The position numbers were made by a program, and so were the translations under genes. The notes beneath the pieces were generated by a model that did not search any database, was not told the DNA's origin, and saw only the letters and a list, made by a program, of their open reading frames with translations. From contig CP051526.1 of assembly GCA_050916045.1 (NCBI GenBank), forward strand, positions 192,001 to 256,000: a DNA stretch of 64,000 nucleotides. The letters run 5' to 3'. Of the stretch, positions 10,001 to 16,663 are shown piece by piece. Numbering within the stretch: the stretch's first letter is position 1; the number at the start of each line of letters is the position of its first letter. This DNA comes from Tepidisphaera sp. GTDB lineage: Bacteria; Planctomycetota; Phycisphaerae; Phycisphaerales; UBA1924.

Positions 10001-11156
10001 CAACAACATCAGCCTGAACGCGGACACGATCGATATCCAGGACGGGCACCGCGTGACGGCCTTGGCGAACTTCACGATCAACGCGACGGACCTGACCGTG
10101 GGCGACATTACCTCGGCGGGCAATCTGAACATCACCGCGACGAACATGATCACGATCCGCGTCCGTCCGGGCGGCCGGTCGGAGACCTCTCCGGGCAGCG
10201 CCGACAACGGGCTTGACCTGGGCGCGGACTGGATCGCTCTCGGGAGCATCACCGCCAACGGCGCGGTGCAGTTCGACGACGGCGGCGTGATCTCCGGCAC
10301 GCTCCCCGGCGGCCGCCAGTTCTCGCTGGCGACAGGCCAGGGTGGCGTGGTCGGCGGCACGGCGACCTCCGGTTTCCCGGCGTCGACGCTGGTTCTGACC
10401 TCACAGTTCGCTTCGGCTCTGTTCAACAACGGCGGCAACTTCCTGTCGCTGGACCTGACGTCGAAGACGACGCTGGATCAGCCCCCGATCGCCGGGCTCA
10501 CCCCGCGGATCGAGGTCGATGCGGTCTCCACGCCCCAGCCGGTGACCTCCGAACTCGCCGAGTTCATGCGGTCGCTCGACATGTCCCTCAAGGATGAGCT
10601 CTCGATCGATGATCAGCTCGAAGCCCTCATCGGCCGGGCTCTCTACATCGACATGGCCAACCCCGAGTTCGCCTCCGCCAAGGATCGCTACCGAGTGACC
10701 CGCGAGCGTCTGACCACCGAGAACGTCAAGCCTCTCCGCGACACGTTCCGCGCGGTCTTCCAGCGCGAGGATGGCGTCAAGGACGACGGCTCGCCGAACT
10801 TCGTCGACGACAGCAAGCGCGTCCGCGACACCCTCGGCAAAGCGTGGAAGGCCTACAAGACCTCTTCCGACAAGGCCGACGGCATCGGATTCCGCAAGTT
10901 CCTCGAAGCCGATCAGGCCAACACGGACAACTCGGCGGCGCTCGAGATCCTCGACGGGATGCAGGTCCTCTTCGATCAGATCGACCGCCTCGGCCTGTCT
11001 GACTTCGAAGCCGTCCGTCCCAAGAACAGCATCATCAACCGCGCTCTCTCGCCCGACATCGGCACCAACGACGCCGCTCGCCAGATCCTCCGCGACGCCA
11101 TCATCGGCGAACAGCTCGAGGAAGAGGTTGACGGCATGGCGCTGGCCACCCCGTAA
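4035..11156 (+). CDS. Filamentous-haemagglutinin-like TpsA exoprotein (2373 aa)
   Basis: Extended N-terminal signal; TPS secretion domain (VLNRINSAAPTLIQGRLEANGNVFFVNPAGVIF); GGFIETSG and WVIDP motifs; long G/T/A/N-rich repeats; directly downstream of TpsB. Confidence 0.92.
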   Translation: MKTNTRGTNAGDTLGASIGGAVGRKLWTLAKVAGRAAGLRSVGGAAVIAGLLAAASTTSVIAGPEGEQVVVGNVTFTRQGNLWIITASNGAIINYASFDILPYETVRFIQPSQLSTVLNRINSAAPTLIQGRLEANGNVFFVNPAGVIFTNTSTVNVGGLYAAAGNLSNEDFLSGNMRFTGLQGQVSNSGNITANAVAMVGREVSNHGSIIAHGGTVVMAAGEEVFIGREGSSVFTQIQGASGSGGQNAGVTNTGRIDARGGQVTMSAGDADGMAIFNTGVIRGNNITIEGQGRGDVMVRGVVDASSDAGRGGEITITGERVGLFNARIDASGTWGGGTIRIGGDAGGQGDTRRADYVFVDENTTVRADAHEFGDGGRITFWGTEATRIAGDLSAMGGIRSGNGGFIETSGGYIALAGTPDLQARAASGRGGQWVIDPNDITIVAGGGNTNINAADPFASADDNAQLGVDLITAALGNGVSVSITTTNSGADSQLGNITLATNLSYTGTGNATLTLNAHNNIVFNTGTTVTGSAAGGLNLVFNADSDNDGSGNVNLNNAAITLNGGSLTVSANVEDFTTSAGGSINTGGGNLTLNNTGVNTLAANMNLGAGAFSSATTGLTTVSGTLTAGSVNVAGLTALNGGTVTTTGGTQTYTGAVTLGANTTLIGTTITFGSTVDSSGGARTLTVNGAGVFNGNVGGLSSLSSLTVTGAATLTNASVTTVTTQTYGGAMNIGGSATTLTGTSISFQNTLDTTVDLTIASTGDVTFTGIASFGGNTTIGGTNITFSSLVQTDVAGDGLRDLTLNGSAITSFFSNVSSGTRRFANITSNGAGSAIVLGTVEATGNIVLSDGSITFASGATSVTAGGDITIGGNASLGANMVFSGANVTFSGTVNDDAAATQRTLTVNSAGTTTFASTVGATRALAALITDAGGTTILTGNVSTTGGQTYNDAVELAGDVVISGATITFASTVDSDGTARALTVNDSGVTTFGGNVGTTSSLASLTTNSGGSTVLTGDVTTTGAQLYQDAVLLDGNATLTGAGIRFASTLNSQGANRTLAIVDTGLTRFDGAVGGVLSLASLNVSGGGTTQIGANITTDGTQTYSNAVTVAADLTLASTTGAINFNNTVDATTTGIDLTVTSSTGTVIAGAVGGTTALGSVTFNGGPITLSADVTTTGLQAYTTALTLAGDATLTSGSGGAITFGSTVDGDAAGRNLTVNTSGTTTFTGDIGGVQALQNLTTDAAGALVLGGVVTLDGTGTFNGSAISFGNNITATTVTFGGPVTLTGNSVLNVVNATFSGTVNADDEANNRTLQVDLSVGGVLTFSGAVGGTERLSTLTVTDAGAAQTIIGANISTLAAQSYASVVTVAGDITLAGTNITFGSSIDADAAANNRSLTISTTGGSTVTFSGAIGGVESLGSLTVTDSGAGTTILSNNVTTSGAQAFNENVTLAGDATFTSSGGAAILFGGTVDSDGTARALTADTAGTITFTGAVGGISELSSLTTLNGTTVISGGLVNTTTLQSYGGAVNITANTTLVSDEIDFNGNVTGTGFTLAFETFTGGANIELGGAGGTGALDLTSAELAFLQDGFAGLTFGDASMVGSVIVAGAITLTDATTFLVDTGNGGTIRLAGNVTVNDVTNAATITFSGPVILEGDITVASTGVGANGDITFGDVINADAAANNRILTVNSQGAVTFTGVVGGVEALGGLVTDAGGTTRITTDITTVAAGNQTYGDSVVLLGNATLTGNNISFDGTINADAAANNRDLIVNGAGAITFSGAVGGTQALNSLTTGGAGTVSILAAITTAGAQLYNNAVTVNSSQLTGGSLTFGSTVDASAAGQDLLVTSTAGDIVFSSAIGATTAFRDITTSAAATFANRLGGNVTADRNITLGGASVITSSITMTSQRMTFGTTLDADAGGRTLTLTSTATTGSAATPLFRFGGNVGSTVAFQTITFSAVSFADPAFSTILFAPTSPFGGDGSVAFGNNISLNADTIDIQDGHRVTALANFTINATDLTVGDITSAGNLNITATNMITIRVRPGGRSETSPGSADNGLDLGADWIALGSITANGAVQFDDGGVISGTLPGGRQFSLATGQGGVVGGTATSGFPASTLVLTSQFASALFNNGGNFLSLDLTSKTTLDQPPIAGLTPRIEVDAVSTPQPVTSELAEFMRSLDMSLKDELSIDDQLEALIGRALYIDMANPEFASAKDRYRVTRERLTTENVKPLRDTFRAVFQREDGVKDDGSPNFVDDSKRVRDTLGKAWKAYKTSSDKADGIGFRKFLEADQANTDNSAALEILDGMQVLFDQIDRLGLSDFEAVRPKNSIINRALSPDIGTNDAARQILRDAIIGEQLEEEVDGMALATP
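5950..9900 (+). repeat. Intragenic ~80-100-aa beta-helical repeats of TpsA
   Basis: Recurring ITFGSTVD...R.LTV...G...F.G.VGG...L.SLT.....T.....VTT.G.Q.Y...V.L motif. An identical 24-nt stretch GCCGACGCGGCCGCGAACAACCGC starts at both 9072 and 9315. Boundaries approximate. Confidence 0.8.
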
Positions 11157-11193
11157 AAGCGGCGTTCGGACCGAATCCTGAAGCCTTCTCGAT

Positions 11194-11227
11194 GTGCGGG
11201 ATCCGAACGGATCCCGCACTTTCTTTT
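11194..11227 (+). terminator. Rho-independent terminator after tpsA
   Basis: GTGCGGGATCCG-AA-CGGATCCCGCAC followed by TTTCTTTT. Confidence 0.8.
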
Positions 11228-11325
11228 GAATCTTCTCCCAGCGCGCAGGAAGGGCGTGTTCGTCGGCTTTCTGGTATCCTCCCCCAGGATCGGCTGGGAA
11301 TTCACCACGCGCTGGCGAGCAAGTC

Positions 11326-12402
11326 ATGGGATTGGATATCGAGTCACTTCTCAAGCCGCTGTCGGACGCCGACCCCTGCGGGGAAGATCTGCGCTACGAC
11401 CGGCGAGCCCTTGAGATTCTGCGGATGGCGGAGGGCAAGGAAGGCTCGGTGATGGGGGATCAGGTGATCCCCGGCGAAGAGCCTGACTGGCGCGAACTCA
11501 AAGATGGCTGCCTGGAGCTTCTGGCCCGGGGACGCGATCTTCGGGTCTCGGTCGCTCTGTCGCTTGCGTTGCTGAAGCTTGAGGGTTTCGCGGGTTTCGC
11601 GGACGGTTTGGCGCTGATCCGGGGGCTTTTGGAGCGGCACTGGGCTTCGGTCCATCCCAAGCTTGATCCCGATGATGGGAACGACCCGACGGAGCGGGGA
11701 AACATCATCGCGACCTTCAACGCTCCGCTGGGCACCTTCGGCGAGAAGATGAGGTTCGCCGAGCGGATCATGGCGGCCCCGCTTTGCGATTCGCGGCAGT
11801 GGGGGCGGTACGGTCTGCGGGATGTTCGGGTCGCTTCGGGCCAGCTTGACGCGGGAGCCCTCGATTCCGGTCAATCCCCGCCGGATGTCAAGGTGATAGA
11901 ACGGGCGTTTGACGACACCGACGCCGAGACGCTCGCGGCGCTCGAACGCTCGACGGGCGAAGCACTTAAGCACGCCGAAGGGATCGACAAAGCGTTTGAA
12001 GCGGGCGCGGGGGTCGACAAGTCTCCGGAGCTTTCGGGTTTCATCACCCTGCTCAAGGACGCTCATGGTCAGGTCAGGCGTCAGAAAGAGCGTCTGGCCG
12101 GCGGAGGGGGGTCGGCGACCGAGTCACCGTCGGGCGCGGCGGGCGGTGGGGCGGTCTCGTCTGCGCCGGGGGGCGGCCTTCGGCTGGATGGTGAGCTTGC
12201 GAATCGGGAGCAGGTGGCGCAGCTTTTCGAGAAGATCTACCGTTACTATGAACGAGTCGAGCCTTCCAGCCCGGTTCCGCTGCTGATGAAAAGCTGCGAA
12301 AAACTGGTCGGGAAGCGGTTCACGGATATTGTCAAAGTGTTGACGCCGGACGCGGTGGCGCTGCTGGAACGACTGGCGGCGGACGAGACGCCCGCGGGCT
12401 GA
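11326..12402 (+). CDS. tssA: T6SS protein TssA (ImpA N-terminal domain)
   Basis: LLKPLSDADPCGEDLRY, EPDW, RDLRV, HWASVHP and C-terminal YYERVEPSSPVP motifs. Confidence 0.92.
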   Translation: MGLDIESLLKPLSDADPCGEDLRYDRRALEILRMAEGKEGSVMGDQVIPGEEPDWRELKDGCLELLARGRDLRVSVALSLALLKLEGFAGFADGLALIRGLLERHWASVHPKLDPDDGNDPTERGNIIATFNAPLGTFGEKMRFAERIMAAPLCDSRQWGRYGLRDVRVASGQLDAGALDSGQSPPDVKVIERAFDDTDAETLAALERSTGEALKHAEGIDKAFEAGAGVDKSPELSGFITLLKDAHGQVRRQKERLAGGGGSATESPSGAAGGGAVSSAPGGGLRLDGELANREQVAQLFEKIYRYYERVEPSSPVPLLMKSCEKLVGKRFTDIVKVLTPDAVALLERLAADETPAG

Positions 12403-12445
12403 AGGATGGAATCAGGGAGGGGCGGGGAGCAACAAGGAGCAGGCT

Positions 12446-12958
12446 GTGGCGAAGGCGAGCAGTCAGAAATTCGTGGCGAGAAACCGGGCCCCGCGCGTGC
12501 AGATCGAGTACGACGTGGAGCTTTACGGCGCTCAGAAGAAGGTGAACCTGCCGTTCGTGGCGGGCGTCATGGCCGATCTGTCGGGCAAGCCGGCCGAGGC
12601 TCTTGCGCCGGTCTCGGACCGCAAGTTCCTCGAGATCGACGTCGACAACTTCGACGAGCGTCTCAAGAGCATGAAGCCGCGCGTGGCGTTCAACGTGCCC
12701 AACACCCTCACGGGCGAGGGGAACATGGCGGTGGACATCACCTTCGAGAGCATGGACGACTTCTCCCCCGCCGCGGTGGCGAAGAAGGTCGAGCCGCTCC
12801 GCAAGCTGCTGGAAGCCAGGACGCAGCTTTCCAACCTGCTCACCTACATGGACGGCAAGAGCGGAGCGGAAGAACTGATGAGCAAAGTGATGAGTGACCC
12901 GACGGTGCTGAAGGCTCTGGCTTCGGCGCCCAAGCCTCAGGAGGGCGGCAATGGCTGA
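12446..12958 (+). CDS. tssB: T6SS contractile sheath small subunit TssB
   Basis: RNRAPRVQIEYDVE, LPFVAGVMADLSG, DFSP motifs; GTG start after AAGGAG. Confidence 0.97.
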   Translation: MAKASSQKFVARNRAPRVQIEYDVELYGAQKKVNLPFVAGVMADLSGKPAEALAPVSDRKFLEIDVDNFDERLKSMKPRVAFNVPNTLTGEGNMAVDITFESMDDFSPAAVAKKVEPLRKLLEARTQLSNLLTYMDGKSGAEELMSKVMSDPTVLKALASAPKPQEGGNG

Positions 12959-14441
12959 GACCCAAGGACAATTCATCCCCGCTGGTCTGCAGATGGAAGG
13001 GACGGACCTCGAAGCGCTGCTTCAGAAGGAGTTCAAGCCCAAGACCGGGAACGCGACCTCCGCTATTCAGCAGGCGGTCCGCACGCTCGCCGAGATCGCG
13101 GTCGACCAGACCAAGCTGATCTCCGACGACGCGGTCAAGTCCATCCAGGCGATGATCGCCGAGATCGACAAGAAGCTGAGTCAGCAGGTCAACGCGATTC
13201 TGCACCATCCGGACTTCCAGCAGTTGGAAGCGGCGTGGCGCGGGCTCGCCCACCTGGTGAACAACACCGAGACCGATGAGACGCTCAAAATCCGCGTCCT
13301 GAACATCAGCAAGAAGGATCTCGCCAAGACCCTGGGCAAGTTCAAGGGCACGGCGTGGGATCAGAGCCCGCTCTTCAAGAAGATGTACGAGAACGAGTTC
13401 GGCACGCCTGGCGGCGAGCCCTTCGGCGTGCTCGTGGGCGACTACCACTTTGACCACACGCCGCCGGACGTCGAGATCTTGAGCGGCATGGCGCAGATCG
13501 CGGCGGCGGCGCACGCTCCGTTCCTCGCGGGCGGTTCGCCCAGCGTCATGAACATGGAAAGCTGGCAGGAGCTCGGCAACCCGCGCGACCTGACCAAGAT
13601 CTTCCAGAGCGCCGAGTATGCCCCCTGGCGGAGCTTGCGCGAGAGCGAAGACAGCCGGTACATCGGTCTTGCGATGCCCCGGTTCCTGTCTCGCCTGCCG
13701 TACGGCGCCAAGACCAATCCCGTCGAGGATTTCGCGTTCGAAGAGGACACCGAGGGCGCGAAGCACGACAAGTACACGTGGGCCAACGCGGCCTACGCGA
13801 TGGCCGTCAACGTCACCCGAGCGTTCAAGCTTTACGGGTGGTGCTCTCGGATCCGCGGCACCGAGTCCGGCGGCATGGCCGAGGGCCTGCCGTGCCACAC
13901 GTTCCCCACGGACGATGGCGGCGTGGACATGAAGTGTCCGACGGAGATCGCGATCACCGACCGGCGCGAAGCGGAACTGGCGAAGAACGGGTTCATGCCC
14001 CTCAGCCACTACAAGAACACGGACTACGCCGTGTTCATGGGCGCCCAGAGCCTGCACAAGCCGGCCGAGTACAGCGATCCGGATGCGACGGCGAACGCCA
14101 ACCTCGGCGCCCGCCTGCCGTACCTGTTCGCGACCTGCCGGTTCGCCCACTTCCTGAAGTGCATGGTTCGGGACAAGATCGGCAGCTTCAAGGAGAAGTC
14201 CGATATGCAGTCGTGGCTGCAGGACTGGATCCTTCAGTACGTGGATGGCGATCCGGCTCACAGCAGCGAAGAGGTCAAGGCTCGCCGGCCGCTGGCCGCG
14301 GCGGAAGTCCAGGTCGAGGAGATTCCCGGCAATCCCGGGTATTACTCATCCAAGTTCTTCCTGCGGCCGCACTACCAGCTTGAGGGCCTCACGATCTCCC
14401 TCCGGCTGGTCAGCAAGCTGCCGTCCGGCAAGACGAAGTAA
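12951..14441 (+). CDS. tssC: T6SS contractile sheath large subunit TssC
   Basis: ILHHPDFQQLEAAWRGL, GGEPFG, RLPYG, CPTEIAITDRRE, RPHYQLE motifs. Confidence 0.98.
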   Translation: MAETQGQFIPAGLQMEGTDLEALLQKEFKPKTGNATSAIQQAVRTLAEIAVDQTKLISDDAVKSIQAMIAEIDKKLSQQVNAILHHPDFQQLEAAWRGLAHLVNNTETDETLKIRVLNISKKDLAKTLGKFKGTAWDQSPLFKKMYENEFGTPGGEPFGVLVGDYHFDHTPPDVEILSGMAQIAAAAHAPFLAGGSPSVMNMESWQELGNPRDLTKIFQSAEYAPWRSLRESEDSRYIGLAMPRFLSRLPYGAKTNPVEDFAFEEDTEGAKHDKYTWANAAYAMAVNVTRAFKLYGWCSRIRGTESGGMAEGLPCHTFPTDDGGVDMKCPTEIAITDRREAELAKNGFMPLSHYKNTDYAVFMGAQSLHKPAEYSDPDATANANLGARLPYLFATCRFAHFLKCMVRDKIGSFKEKSDMQSWLQDWILQYVDGDPAHSSEEVKARRPLAAAEVQVEEIPGNPGYYSSKFFLRPHYQLEGLTISLRLVSKLPSGKTK

Positions 14442-14645
14442 ACCGCGAGAGGGAGGATGCGCGCCCGAAATCCGGATTTGCGTCTATCTCAAGCGGAGAG
14501 TCGGGCGGCGGGGGCCGCGAGTCTGAGGAAAGAGAGAGCCTCAGGGGGTGGGGGAGGGCCTCGGGAGCGTTCCCGGGCGCAGAGGTATGGGTTGGCGGTG
14601 GGACGATGCGGACAAGCCGCGTCGACATTGAAGGAGCGGTGGTCC

Positions 14646-15137
14646 ATGGCATTCGACGCATTTCTGAAGCTTGGCGATATCAAGGGCGAGACGGGCGACA
14701 GCGTTCACAAGGACGAAATCGAGGTTCTCTCGTTCCACTTCGGCGTCTCGAACCAGGGCTCGAGCGGTGCGGGGTCTGGTGGCGGTTCGGGTAAGTGCCA
14801 GGTGCAGGACTTCTCCTTCGTCAAGAAGGTGGACAAGTCCTCCCCTGTGCTCTTCCAGCACTGCGCGACCGGCACCCACGTCAAGGACGCGATGTTCGTG
14901 GTCCGTAAAGCGGGCGGCACGCAGCTTGAGTACCTCAAGATCAAGCTCGTCGACATCCTCGTGTCCTCCGTTCGTCCGGGCGGCTCCTCCCAGGGCACGG
15001 AAGACATCCCGATGGAAGAGGTTTCGCTGAACTTCACCCAGATCCAGATCGACTACCAGCCCCAGGGCCCTGATGGCAAGGCGCTCGGCGGTCCGATCCA
15101 CGGCGGCTGGGACGTCAAGAAGAGCGTCAAGGTCTGA
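14646..15137 (+). CDS. hcp: T6SS tube protein Hcp (TssD)
   Basis: MAFDAFLKLGDIKGE...HKDEIEVLSF...DKSSP...GWDVK; AAGGAG precedes ATG 14646. Confidence 0.97.
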   Translation: MAFDAFLKLGDIKGETGDSVHKDEIEVLSFHFGVSNQGSSGAGSGGGSGKCQVQDFSFVKKVDKSSPVLFQHCATGTHVKDAMFVVRKAGGTQLEYLKIKLVDILVSSVRPGGSSQGTEDIPMEEVSLNFTQIQIDYQPQGPDGKALGGPIHGGWDVKKSVKV

Positions 15138-15204
15138 TCAATGCTGGCTGGAGGCCCGGTGCCGGCCGGCAGCCACACCAACTCTTGAGCCGAGCTTGAC
15201 CACC

Positions 15205-15240
15205 AACCGGCGTGCCGCCATCGGCATGCCGGTTTCTTTC
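15205..15240 (+). terminator. Probable terminator after hcp
   Basis: AACCGGCGTGCCG-CCAT-CGGCATGCCGGTT (one G-U pair) followed by TCTTTC. Confidence 0.6.
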
Positions 15241-15287
15241 TGGTACCCTATAGATGCCGCACGCGGCGGTGACCCCAAGGAGCCGAG

Positions 15288-16100
15288 ATGAAAGCCGCAG
15301 AGTTTCTCAAGCAGGGTCGGCTCGCCGACGCTCTCAAAGCGGCCGAGGATGCCGTTCGCAATGAGCCCGCCGCGGGCAAGCCGCGCGTGCTCCTTGCACA
15401 GATCCTCGCCGTCATGGGCGTCTGGGATCGGTGCGTCGCTCAGCTTGAGGTCGCCGGCAAGCTCGAGCCCGGCAACCTGCTGATGGTGCAGGTCTGCCGT
15501 CATCTGGTCGCCGGTGAGGGGTTCCGCCGTGACGTCTTTGCCGGCAAACGCCAGCCGCTCCTGCTTGGCGAGCCTCCGGCGTGGGCCGCGATGATGGTTC
15601 AGGCCCTCGGCCAGACCGCCGCGGGCCACCACGCCGCCGCCGCTTCCCTCCGCCAGCAAGCTCTTGAGCTCGCGCCCGCCCGGGGCGGCACCCTGAACGG
15701 TCAGCGGTTCGAGTGGATCGCGGACGCGGATAGCCGGCTTGGCCCCATTCTTGAAGTGATGGTCGACGCCAAGTACTACTGGGTGCCGATGTCGCGTCTC
15801 GCGTCCCTCAAGGTCGATCAGCCGGCCGATCTTCGCGACGTCGTCTGGGCGCCGGCCACGTTCACGTGGACCACGGGCGGGACGCAGGAGGGGTTCATCC
15901 CCGCGCGATACGCCGGGACGGAGAACGCCGGGTCGGACGTTCACAAGCTCGCGCGGCAGACGCAGTGGGACAGCCTCGAGGGCACGGAGGAGTTCGCGGG
16001 GATCGGTCAGCGCATGCTCGCGACCGATGAAGGCGAGACCCCGATTCTCGAGGTTCGCTCGCTCGTCTTTGATCCCGAGGGGAGCGTGGCGAATGGGTGA
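15288..16100 (+). CDS. tagJ: T6SS accessory protein TagJ (ImpE/SciE)
   Basis: FEWIADADSRLGPILE, YYWVP, DLRDVVW, FIPARY, GIGQR motifs. Confidence 0.93.
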   Translation: MKAAEFLKQGRLADALKAAEDAVRNEPAAGKPRVLLAQILAVMGVWDRCVAQLEVAGKLEPGNLLMVQVCRHLVAGEGFRRDVFAGKRQPLLLGEPPAWAAMMVQALGQTAAGHHAAAASLRQQALELAPARGGTLNGQRFEWIADADSRLGPILEVMVDAKYYWVPMSRLASLKVDQPADLRDVVWAPATFTWTTGGTQEGFIPARYAGTENAGSDVHKLARQTQWDSLEGTEEFAGIGQRMLATDEGETPILEVRSLVFDPEGSVANG

Positions 16101-16596
16101 ACTCACACCCAGTGAGAAGCTGCAGCCCTCGCTGCTGGACCGGCTCACGGACGAAGAGCGCTCATCGCGTGTGGAAAGCCGCGACAAGCGTGTGATGTCG
16201 ATGAAGCAGCTTCGGTCGGCGGTGCTCCGCGATCTTTCGTCGCTTCTCAACACGAGCGCCGCGCCCGCGAAGGATCCGATCTACGAGTTCCCGCTTGCGA
16301 GCGTCTCGGTCGTGAACTACGGCCTGCCCGACGCGACCGGCATGAGCTCTTCGGGCCTGAGCCTGGGAGAGATGGAGTCGCGGATGCGCCGGGCCATCGA
16401 GCGGTTTGAGCCCAGGATCGTGACGCGGACGCTTCAGGTGCGGGCGGATCTGCACGAAGGCTCGCAGCGTTCGCCGTCCTTGATCTCTTTCGAGATCTCC
16501 GGGGAGTTCTGTCCGCTCCCCGTTCCCGAAGCGTTGTATGTGAAGACCGAGATGGATCTGGAAACCGGGAGCTTTGACGTGAGCGCCAACGGCTGA
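16093..16596 (+). CDS. tssE: T6SS baseplate subunit TssE
   Basis: LQPSLLDRLTD, VLRDLSSLLNT, SVVNYGLPD, IERFEPR motifs; ATG 16093 overlaps the tagJ end. Confidence 0.95.
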   Translation: MGELTPSEKLQPSLLDRLTDEERSSRVESRDKRVMSMKQLRSAVLRDLSSLLNTSAAPAKDPIYEFPLASVSVVNYGLPDATGMSSSGLSLGEMESRMRRAIERFEPRIVTRTLQVRADLHEGSQRSPSLISFEISGEFCPLPVPEALYVKTEMDLETGSFDVSANG

Positions 16597-16617
16597 CGTT
16601 GCCAAGGCAGTCGTGAT

Positions 16618-16660
16618 TGGAAGTTTGGCTGGAAGTTTGGCTGGAAGTTCGGCTGGAGGA
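16618..16660 (+). repeat. 12-bp tandem repeat (3 copies plus a partial) in the tssF leader
   Basis: TGGAAGTTTGGC TGGAAGTTTGGC TGGAAGTTCGGC TGGAGGA; the last partial unit contains the tssF Shine-Dalgarno. Confidence 0.85.
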
Positions 16661-16663
16661 TCG

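Noticed and set aside
3993..10049. 2018-aa minus-strand ORF, and similar long antisense ORFs at 18199-22818, 30658-32631 and 36463-39600
   Set aside because: Shadow frames of GC-rich coding genes; Arg-rich, motif-free translations opposite well-supported CDSs.
4035..11325. TpsBA as a contact-dependent inhibition (CdiBAI) system
   Set aside because: No VENN/ELYN-type junction or recognisable toxin tip, and a terminator rather than an immunity gene follows.
14442..14645. tssC-hcp intergenic region with palindrome AAATCCGGATTT and G-runs, as an ncRNA
   Set aside because: No convincing promoter/terminator pair or recognisable RNA motif; probably an hcp leader.
16618..16660. Short repeats as a CRISPR array
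   Set aside because: Contiguous 12-bp units without spacers, and no cas genes.
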